A stretch of DNA of 63,416 nt, counting the filler, from Aduncisulcus paluster (taxonomy: Eukaryota): assembly GCA_024181965.1 (NCBI GenBank). It is 10 parts of 10 records of this genome, joined end to end, with 100 filler letters (N's around TTAATTAATTAA, not from the genome) between each part and the next. Parts side by side here need not be neighbours in the genome. Positions count along the whole stretch, not along the records: positions 1 to 8,078 come from BQXS01011845.1; positions 8,179 to 10,300 come from BQXS01011846.1; 8 more parts are not named here. The stretch is one strand, 5' to 3'. Shown piece after piece: positions 1 through 10,400 of the stretch (its first letter is position 1; the number at the start of each line of letters is the position of its first letter). The position numbers and the translations under genes are program-made. The notes beneath the pieces were generated by a model. That model was not told the DNA's origin, did no database searches, and was given only the letters and a program-made list of their open reading frames with translations.

Positions 1-40
1 TAAAAGATGAAATTTATGATTTATTTAGTTCCCTTGACAG

Positions 41-3000
41 CGATTATATTGAAATAACATTAAGAAAACAAGAAAAAGAAGAAGAAAAAGAAGAGGAGGA
101 AGAAGAAGAGGAAGAGGAAGAGGAAGAGGAAGAGGAAGAAAGAAAAGAGAGAGAGGAAGAAAAGCAAACGAGTGAAAATTCTACTACTTCCAAGAATAAT
201 TCGAATAATATTTGGAATATCCAGCAAAAAGTAATTCTCTCAGCCATTTTGATTGATAAACTTTGTACATCTTTTTCAGTCATTTTGTTGAAATCCTTAG
301 ATGTTGTGAATTACATTGATCAAAGAACAAAGAAAGAATCACAAAACTTGGGAATAGAAGAAAAGGAGAAGATATTTGATCTTTGCAAAACTCTTTATGG
401 GAGCGTTACTTTAATTATGCAAATGTTGAATGATTTGATTAAGTTATATTTGCATTTCATGTTTAAGATCAATAATTATCTATTTATTTCCTCAATGGAT
501 GGAATTATCGCAAATATAATAGACAGTTACACATTCTCTTCTTCTCAATTTGTATCTATTTTTAGACATAACCATGGAACTGTGATCAGTCATGGAGTTC
601 TCCATGATGGAAAAACTACTGGCCGCTCTCGCTTCAACGATTTAATTAAAGATATTTCTATTCTTACAAAAGATATCATATTGCCCTGTATAAAATTCTT
701 CTTATTGCGGTCTTCTCCTCTTTCTTCTCCTTTAAACAGCTTTAGAAGTGCCCAAGAAGGTGTTTTTGCAAACATTCCAATTTTATCGAAAGATCTTGGC
801 CCATCTCATGTTCCATCGAGAATTTTGAGGATAATTTCCAATATTTCTCAAGTTTCACGAAATTTTTCTGCTCAAATTGAAGAAAAGACAGAAGAGAAAG
901 AAGAGGAGGAAGATTTTGAAGATGATGGAAATGGTTTATATTGTGATGAAATAGAAGGAGAGGAAGAAGGAAAGGAAGAAATGGAAGAAAAAGATCAATA
1001 CGTCGATTATTATAATTCAAATTTGGTTGGTTCTGAACTTAAAATATCCATTTTCGACTTGATTCAACCTTATATTTATATTTGGTTGTCCAATGCAGAT
1101 GATCCCCAATTGTCTTCACAAAATCCTACTAATTTGCCCAATTTGATCGAATTTCTTGTTCATATTCTGGGTAACTTTACTTGGTCAAATTTGAGTCATG
1201 GAGTGGATTTTGCGATGGTTGATTATATCTTTAATTATAACAATAATCATCTCTCTTCTTCCTTTTCTTGTATTTCTTCCTATCCGAATACAGTATCAAT
1301 TCCCCTGTTTTATGAATTATTCAGGTTTATTCGAAAAGAATTGTCCATCCGACAAGCAAAGCACGTGGAGTTTTCAAAAATATTCATCGATGTACATTCT
1401 CAGTTCCATTCTAAAATTAGATCATCGAAACATCGGTTTGAAACTAGTAGAACCAAAATGACAATCGGACTTGAAGCTCCCCCGGTGTTCTCACATCCCT
1501 TGTTAAACTCACCTTCAATTTTAGATTATTCTCATATTCTAAAAATAGGTGGAACTACAAACAGTAATGCCAGTGGTCGTAACATCCTCACCGATTCTAA
1601 TTCTAAAAATATCAATGGTAAACCCCTTCCAAAATCAGGAAACAGTTCTGTAAGTGTTGGTAATTTGTATAATCTGAAATATTTGAATGCGTTGAATTAT
1701 CAAAATGCTATGTTTTATGCCTTTTTAAGTCAGGTTCTATTCTTATTCGCCAATATATCTGCTGATACAACACAAGTTAAACGTTGTTTTGAAGTTTATT
1801 CCTCTATTCAGACCCGTGGACTTCGGAAAGGGAAAGGGAAAGTGAATAAGAAAAAGAATAATTCAAAACAAAGCAAACAATCGTTTTTGTTGACCAAAAC
1901 TCATGAAAAGCTTAATTTCTTGGATCAAATTGAAGAATTGAAGAAGCAATCCATTGTTTCAAGAGATAATTCTCTCCTCTTTTCGTTTTGTTTTAATAAT
2001 TTCAAACGTTTAGTGTCTTCTTTCGCTTTTATTCCTTCCATTGTTTCCTGTGATAACGTTAAAATTGGTAGATTTCAAGGGGTTTATGGATTTTATGAAT
2101 GGTGTTTGAACAAAAAAATAGCTCAGAATGGTGGAGAAGAGGAGAAGGAAAAGAAATTGAAGGTGTTCGATGAAACAGAATTATATCAAAATATTCTCCA
2201 ATGCGATTACCATAAGTTTGTTGAAACATTTCATGAAGAATCACAATATAAGATAAAAAATAAGTTTTCAGATGATGCAAAATATCTGGTTAAAATAATG
2301 CAAATTCTTCAATATATTCGAGGAAAAGAGAAGGACAGGAATGTTGTTGAAAAGATTGAAATGTTCCTTGAAAGAAGAAGAAGAAGAAGAAAGGAGGAAA
2401 CTGAAAAGAGAAGAGAAAGAAGAGGAAGAAGATCAACACTCTTCTCCAAAATACTCAGTACTTCCAGGTTATTTGAATAGGATCGTTCAGATTCTTCTGA
2501 GAATGTTCCAAAAATATACTCCATCTTCTACTTCATCCTCAACACAATCAATTTCCTCAGAATCCGAACTAATTTTGGCTACTCAATGTGTTGGGATGGT
2601 CATTATTAATATTTTACATCATTTACATTGGAAATATTCAATGAGACATCATGTCGGGTTTGTCTATGGATACTCGCAGGAATTATTCGATATTTATGTT
2701 CAAAATGACAAGAACTTCGACTATCACAGTTTGCTTGGTGTTTATGATTATAATCCTGCTGATATCAAGTTTGATAATGAATTGACTCCCCTTTTAAAGA
2801 ACATTATTGATACTTTTATTGATCATCTCTCACGGGTCGAGGAAACATTGGAAGGAGAGATCGATGAGGAATATTGTTGGATTTCTGTTGTTTACGCTGT
2901 CTATGTTGCTAAAATATATAATAATGGTGATAATTTTGCTGAAATCATCAAATATGGCATTGAGATTGATTCTGATGTTTGTTCCATATTCTTGAAGAAA

Positions 3001-4689
3001 ATATCTCCTTCATTTTCCCGTATCCTCTCAAGAAAAGGAAAAGGAAGAAGAGAAAGAAGAGAAAGAAGAGGAAGAAGAGAAATTGAAAAAGAAAACTCCT
3101 TTGGTAATAATTCTTCTCATAATCACATACCATATTGTTATAGCTTGATTCCTTTGAGTATTTTAACTACTTTAAGCTATATTTCATCTTGTCCATGCTC
3201 AGTGTATCATTATTCCTCAATTGCACCAACTTTCTCACCAACTTTCTCACCTTTGGATTCCTCATATTCTCCACCATCTCCTAATAATGGATCTGCATCC
3301 ATGAAATCTTCTCAAATGACCGAAATTAGTCATGTGAAACCGATGATAATATCTCTGATAAGACCACACATTAGTAATTGGATGAGTATACACCAAGATA
3401 GTGAGTGTTATGAGATGTGGATTTCTCTACTGGCTGATATTACATCTATTTTTAGAAACGATTCTATTTTTAGAAATAATTCTAATTTTAAATTAACATT
3501 TAATGATACTCAGCAAGGAATAGGAGGAAAAGGGGATTTATTGTCCAGATTCAAGGAAGCCCTGGAAATGTTCCCCACTGTTCTTGACTTGATTCGAAAG
3601 ATTTTTATTGACGTTTTTCATTCTAAATCAAAATCCCAACCACCTCCACTTTCGCAAGAAAAAGAAGATGGTTTTTGTATTGATTTTGATAAGAATTATG
3701 ATTATTCAACTTGTGAAAGCATTTATGATGAATTATCGATGTCTAAATACCATTCTTTCTTCCATTTTCTTGGATATTTCTCCAATTTATGTGCCTTTTG
3801 TGATGTTACAAAATCAATATTCGAACAAACTGTCGAAATTATTCCAAATATTTTCCGAGTTATGACATTCAATATCATTGGACATGAGAATCTGCAGGAT
3901 TTAGGAGAATTATTGATGAAATTTTCTCAAGTTCCCGAAATTATTCCAAAATTATCCCCCAAATTTGATGTTTTTATTAAATGGCTTGCTGATCATCCTC
4001 TGAAAGACTCAAACTTTCGTCAATATATTGAAAATTATTCTATAAATATCATTTCAAAAGATTTGATCATTCCATATGTCAAGAGTTGTCTGCTTGCAAA
4101 TCCAATAGTTTCCCTCATTCCTTCAATTTCTTCCCATCCGCTACTTCTCCGTTCTTCCTTTGAGGACTCTTCTCGACCATTTGGGGGTCGAAAACATTCA
4201 ATAACTCCCATGAATTATGCCATAAATGGGGGTTCTCATATTTCTACCCTCATGGCATTTGATGTATTTTCTCCATATCAGTGGGGCCCGGATGATTTTT
4301 CCTCATCTAAAAATAGTACATTGAGAAATAATAAGAATTGGTTCCAACGCATTTATGTAAATTTATTCCACAGATGTCACTACATTGATGAAGGAAATAT
4401 GACAATTCTACAAAAAGGAAATAATTCCTACATTCCTGTGGGTGAGATACACCGTAATCAAGAGAATCATGATCGTATCAAACACTCTTCTCTCATTGAA
4501 TACACACCTCCTCAACACATTCTTGTGCAGATGCCATTCGACGAGGAAAGATCTTTGAGACAATCCGCATATGATCTGATTGAATCCACAGGTGGGGGTG
4601 TAGAAGTGCTGTTTGAACAAGAAACATCTTTATTTGAGGAGTATGATCAAGAAACATGGAGAAAGGGAATGAAAGATGTGAGAAAATAG
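41..4689 (+). CDS. Large lineage-specific helical protein, 5' partial; ORFs 249..2480 and 2341..4689 are probably one gene with a +1 frameshift near 2370-2420
   Basis: The frame of ORF 249 stays open back to a candidate acceptor (...ttgacAG at 39-40). Glu-rich tracts are present. The two ORFs share a motif (IFDLIQPYIYIWL / ISLIRPHISNWM). The frame switch lies in a GAA/AGA tract. Confidence 0.6.
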
Positions 4690-5749
4690 TGCAGAACTTG
4701 TTTTTTTGCTGTATTGATCAAACAAACAAACTGTTATTACCTGAAATTTTCCTCTCTTCCAGAAAGTTCCTCATTTTCAAAGCGATTTGGTTTCAACTAT
4801 TGACTCCGAGAGGTGCGGCTTGCAAATTTATTATGAATAAAAGTTATCGGTAACAGACGGTCATATCGCCGGTGGCATCATAGTCCATCACAACAATATC
4901 CCAATATTTTGGATAAGATATTTACTTCGATGTCTGACATAAATGTCAGCAGATTTCATTCTACTTTTGTAGAACAGATTCAATAGTATCTTGGCATAAA
5001 GAGAATGAGTGGATACCTCCTTCACAAAAATAAACAAATTTAAACAAAATGATGAGCAAGACAAAAGATGCAAGAAATGGAAGTTTTTGAGTCAAAAACC
5101 GAATTGCTCCAAAAATATTTCAAAAAAAAAAAAAAGGTATCACACAATAAACAAACGAAATTCTATTATTTCCAATAACTTTTGATCCCAAACGAACGAA
5201 AACCAGAAGGAAAAACAAACAAATCAGCATTGAATTACAATGATAGACAAAGGGACAAAAGCTATAGAAACAATATTTTTAACGATACTTTCATGATCGA
5301 AATCATTTTTTAATAAACGAAATAAAACTGAATATACACATAATGTGGTTATAGCAAAATACGAAACTCGAGGCAAATACAGAATGATGTATTCACAGAT
5401 GAGAATTTAACAATACGAAGAAAAAAAGCTGAAACAAAAACAAGAAAAACAACAATAAAAAGACAAAAACAATTCAAATGTGACAAGTCACTTGATTAGA
5501 CCTCACAAGGTTCAATCATTAATGCCAATAAAAACAAAAAACAAAACACAAACGATAACAGAAACGAAATTTCCGGTACCAAAATATAATACTCGAACAA
5601 AATAATGTAATAAAAGCAAAATCGAAATTATAATAATAATAATATATAATAAAACATAATAATGATTATATTTGCTTTTTAAAATAATAAACATTAATAA
5701 ACAAGATAGAATGAATCATGAGTCCAAACAAAAGGACAGAATCTCGTCA

Positions 5750-8078
5750 TCACTCATCGAGGTCGTCAAGATCAAATGTTTCTTGCGCATCAACAAGATG
5801 GAGGGGTTGAAGAATCCGAGCCGATTTGGATTTCCTTTTCTTAATGGTCTTCGTCATTTTCTTCTTGATTTTCTTTCTTTTTTTCTCCTTCAACTCGATT
5901 TCTTTAACCCGATGATTTTCTTTCTCAGCATCCATATCTATCCCTTCTCCTTTGCCACTCCTCCATTCGTCAGGTTTTTCCTTTATGATCTTCTTCTTTC
6001 TATTTCTCTTCTTTTCACCTCCCTTTCCCCCATATTTCTTGGATTTCTTCACTTGTCTTCTCTTGACAATAGTTGTGGGGATATGATCATCTTCATGCAC
6101 TGATAATAAAGGATTGTCTCGCACCTGAACAACAGTCATAGTGGTATTTATGTCACCTTCAGAGAGCATTCCTGGAGAAGGATTAGGTTGAACTTGATGA
6201 TCTGCATTATTCACATTATTCTTCAATCGGAACCATAGAGTCACACCAATAATACCCACGATAATGAAGATACACGTGATAATGAACACAAACACAACGA
6301 TTTTCAAGGCATTGCTATCTTCTTCATCGCACATTGTACCATTCCATCCGTCATCACATGCACAACCATATGGAATAGAAGAAGAAGAAGTAGAATCATT
6401 ATGATTGTACCAATAGCATATTCCATGCGATGAACAGAGAGAGGAGGGATTTGCTTTGCTATCGGTGTATGCATCCTTACTCACTCCACACATGTCAACA
6501 GAGCAAGACGATGAAGGTTCTGAAGAATCATCCACATCATTACCCCATCCATACTCACACTGACACATGGCTGTGAGACTATCTTCTCCTTCACCAAGAA
6601 CACATGTGCCATGACTATCCGTGGTTGTTCCACAGGTCAAGCAAGCTGTGTCATTTCCAGCAATGTCCTTGTATTCAGGGTGGGTTGCAGGATCAATGCA
6701 TGTGGATGTGGATGCATCAGTGATGAGACCATAGGAGGAACAGTCACACGAATATGTGTCAGTGTCTGATGAATAGATTGCATAGTCTGAATATGATGAA
6801 GATGGATCTGTGGAGTAATTGATTCCACATACATAATCAACGATAGTTGGGTTTGTTTCATCATCATCATTCACATACTCAACAGTCTCAACAGGATATT
6901 GAGTGAAACATGTTGATCCATTCCATCCAGCATCACACTCACAATACAATGTCTCAGAAGAAGAGGAGGAAGAGAGATCACCGACAGAACATCGACCATG
7001 CAGTCCACATCTTGACAAACTATCACAATAGAGGTTGCATGAAGATCCATAATACCCAGACTCACACACACATATATGGGTGGCAGCATCACATGTTCCA
7101 CGAGATGATCCACTGCACAAACCAAGATCATCAGAAACAGGACAAATGGACGAGCAATCAGTCCCATACCATCCATCAGAACACTCACAGAATGGCAATG
7201 ATTCATCACTAGAGTCAGAGTCAGCATCATACACACATGTACCACGCTCACCACCACAATTGGAGCATGCAGAAGAAGAAGAAGATAGCAGCTGAAACAC
7301 ATTCCCCAGATGAAGTGTCTTCATAGTATCCTGACCCACAGACACATACATATTCACTTCCATCATCATCTGCAGAATCATTGACCTGACACACAAGATG
7401 ATCTTGTGAATAAGAACAGAATACAGAGGAAGTAGAAATGGGGTCAGATCCACATGAAGAAGTTGTATCCTGGGAAACATCTCCAGACGAGTCATCCACA
7501 TCTCCGAACACAACTTCAACGCCATCATTTCCATCACCTGATCCAGATATATCCCGCTCACAGATATCAGCGAGTGAATTCAAACACTCAGACACAGTCG
7601 ACCCACAATCAAGTCTATTGTCACTCACATCAACATATGCGATTGTGGAATTGGAATCATCAACGACTTGTTGCAACAGAGCAAGGTCAGAGATGGAGTT
7701 GTCACTCAGAGTCAGATGTGTCACACCAGAGAGACCAGGCTGGAGTGAAACGACGGTAGGGTCAGAGATATCATTGGAGGACAGATCAAGATGGGTCAGA
7801 GTGGATGACAATGGATACACTTTCGTTCCATCATCATCACTGCTGACACACTGACCACTGCACATGGCAATGTTGTTCAGCAAAGAAGTGAATGATGACA
7901 GATCGGAACCAATGGAATCATCACTCCCACTGATTTCCAAGGAACGCAACGAGCACAGACCAACACAGTACGATTCAGACGTTCCATTCCAGCGTGAAGT
8001 GTCAGACTCAAGATCCATCTTCAGAGCACCGACAGCATCCGTCAATGTGCTCAGAAGTGATACATCCATGTTTTCAAG
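5750..8078 (-). CDS. LRR + EGF/laminin-like Cys-rich type I membrane protein, 5' partial, with a +1 frameshift near 7285
   Basis: LRRs (LTHLDLSSNDISD, VTHLTLSDNSISDL) lie in ORF 7248..8069. EGF repeats (CECSDGWYGTDC, CVCESGYYGSSC) and a TM helix (IVVFVFIITCIFIIVGIIGVTLWF) followed by a basic tail lie in ORF 5750..7561. Confidence 0.8.
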
Positions 8079-8178
8079 NNNNNNNNNNNNNNNNNNNNNN
8101 NNNNNNNNNNNNNNNNNNNNNNTTAATTAATTAANNNNNNNNNNNNNNNNNNNNNNNNNNNNNNNNNNNNNNNNNNNN
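8079..8178. other. Artificial scaffold linker N44-TTAATTAATTAA-N44; also at 10301-10400, 26592-26691, 43496-43595, 45701-45800, 48198-48297, 50260-50359, 53310-53409, 56337-56436
   Basis: The same 100-nt spacer occurs nine times. Its 12-mer puts stops in all six frames, and ORFs are cut at each copy. Confidence 0.98.
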
Positions 8179-8277
8179 GAGCAATATAATCTATAAATAG
8201 AACATGAGAAATACATGTAAAAACGATAACAAACAATAACAAGAAGGGTGTGGTTCCCCAAAATAATTCCAAATAAC

Positions 8278-8350
8278 TACGTTATAGCTCAAAGGATAGT
8301 GCCTTGCATTCACTACAATGAGGACCTGGGTTCAACTCCCACCACCTCTA
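8278..8350 (+). pseudogene. Degenerate tRNA-like sequence (pseudo-tRNA or SINE-like head)
   Basis: A-box/D-arm TAGCTCAAAGGATAG (8285-8299) and T-arm/B-box CTGGGTTCAACTCCCAC (8326-8342) are at tRNA spacing, followed by TTTT. The acceptor and anticodon stems pair poorly. Confidence 0.6.
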
Positions 8351-8593
8351 CTTTTATTTCATTATTATTTTCTTACTAACAAGCTATTTTATTTTTATTA
8401 TCTAATTTTGATTAATTCGTTCTCTACTAAGGTTTCTATTATTTTCTATACTTTTTATTTTCCTAATATCTTTGTTATTCATTGAAATCCCAAGTCGGTA
8501 GTTTTATAAATTATGTTGTTTTACAAACTTTGCTTTCCCCTCGATAAACTTACTTTTATTTCCCCTATGTAATAGAAATCTTTATTCTAATAA

Positions 8594-9172
8594 ATTGTCC
8601 TGCTCATTGTGCTGATCACAGCATCTTTCGAGGACTGTAGTCACCTGGTTGAGAAATCTAAGAGCTCGAATCCGGAGTTAGCTCTGGCTGTATCCCTAGG
8701 TTTCTTGACACTGGCGAGACTGGACAGTCTCCTCCTCCTCAGGGTTGCAGATGTGCAATATATCGATGAGGGTCTGACCATATCTTTCCCTAAGACCAAG
8801 ACTCGACCTACAGGCTTCAAAATTCGTATCCCCCCAACAGCCCCGCTGTTTCCTGGACGATTGGTGTCAATGCTCTCCTACAAGCCAGCACTCCAACAGA
8901 TCCTACGTCTCCCGGATGAATCTGATCAGCAGATGAGATATCGACTCACCACAGATCTCAGCTCCGCAGCGGCGAAATACCTCAGGCACCACATGACTTT
9001 CCATTCCATTCGAAGGGGTTCAGCCTCATGTTTGCTAACCCACGGTGTTCCAGAAGCGGTCATTATGGCCCTGGGAACCTGGAAGTCTAGGGAATCTTTT
9101 CTATCCTATGTGGAAGAAGCTGTACACCTTATCGGTTTTCCCCTCACCTTAAAGGATCTCGATTCAAAATAA
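8594..9172 (+). mobile_element. Tyrosine recombinase catalytic domain (DIRS/Crypton-like), 5' truncated
   Basis: Catalytic set R (LARLDSL, 8717), K (PKTKT), H-x-x-R (HSIRRG, 9002/9011), W (LGTWKS, 9080), Y (FLSYVEE, 9107). There is no upstream ATG and the N-terminal core-binding domain is absent. The segment is GC-richer than its flanks. Confidence 0.88.
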
Positions 9173-9500
9173 ACTATTGGACTGGCCAAACCACAAAGCA
9201 GGCCCTGCCAGTCCAGGCTTTCGCCACCCACGGGGCCTTCAACGGGCGCTCTAAGCTCAGTAAATGAACTTTCATACCTACGAGGTCATGACACGAACTT
9301 ATTCACGATGTTACATACTACGGAATATCAACTTACTCATACCCCTGTCTAAGGCATAGCCGGAAGAGGGCTCAGCCGTTACTGTTATATTGGTGATAAT
9401 ATATATTTAAAATGGGCAATTCTATCGGTTAACCCGCAGGTGGGCGATTCAACAATTTCACTAAAAACATCGTAATAAAACAGTTTAGATAGAAAAGAAT

Positions 9501-9574
9501 CGCTTCCACCGGGGTTCGAACCCGGGTCTGCCACGTGACAGGCGGCCATACTAAACCAACTATACTATAGAAGC
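9501..9574 (-). tRNA. tRNA-Asp(GTC)
   Basis: Minus strand reads GCTTCTA-TAGTATAGTTGGTTTAGTAT-G-GCCGC CTGTCAC GTGGC-AGAC-CCGGG TTCGAAC CCCGG-TGGAAGC-G. Full cloverleaf, G discriminator, no encoded CCA, downstream T-rich terminator. Confidence 0.96.
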
Positions 9575-10062
9575 TGGTTTAAAAAAAACCAAAACGAATA
9601 AAAATAGTTTAAATATTTATTTAAACCATTGGGTGGACGACAGTTTTTGGCATGCTTCATAAAACTAATAAATTATATAAATTATTTATTTACTCATAAT
9701 TAGAAACATTTGGAGTAAAATATGACAATGTTAATCAGCAAAATTTGGAATTAAGATCATTTCAAAAATCATAACAATTTTTTGTCTCAAGAATATAAAT
9801 CCTGCTTTGTACACATGATCTTTAAAAAAGTCGAATCTTACATTTACAATAAGTTAAGAGGGAAGTATATTTGGTCGATTTACGGCGATATGATAAAATC
9901 TGTGGTGACCATTCTCAGGGACATTCTAAAAATAGATTGGTTCGCTCGAGATCTGTTTATTAATAAATTGGACCGCATTATAGTTAGTTTGGCCACATTT
10001 TGATCAAAATCCTATCAAACTAAAGTTTATTGTATAATTGACGCCAAAATTTTTCTGTTAAA

Positions 10063-10300
10063 ATGGTACAAACAAGAAGCCAATTGAAAAACGCCAATAC
10101 AGGTGAAAATGATGAAGAATTTGAAATTGTTGGTGATTTACCAACTGAACGCCATGATAGTGATGCCAGTCATGTTGAAAATGCCAAAGAATCTGATGAA
10201 AAGAAAAAGTCTGATTTATTGTGATGAAATACTTAAGTGATACTGATAAGAAGAATGTTGTGAAAGGTCTTGTCATGTGGAAGGATTGCATTGTGATTCC
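10063..10300 (+). CDS. Possible 5' end of a gene (MVQTRSQLKNANTGENDEE...) with an apparent frameshift near 10215, running off the scaffold end
   Basis: ATG at 10063 opens 53 codons to TGA at 10222. The -1 frame continues FIVMKYLSDTDKKNVVKGLVMWKDCIVI to the linker. Confidence 0.35.
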
Positions 10301-10400
10301 NNNNNNNNNNNNNNNNNNNNNNNNNNNNNNNNNNNNNNNNNNNNTTAATTAATTAANNNNNNNNNNNNNNNNNNNNNNNNNNNNNNNNNNNNNNNNNNNN

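Noticed and set aside
8123..8134. Recurrent TTAATTAATTAA as a biological repeat or insertion site
   Set aside because: It is always centred in an identical N-padded 100-nt spacer, so it is an artificial concatenation linker.
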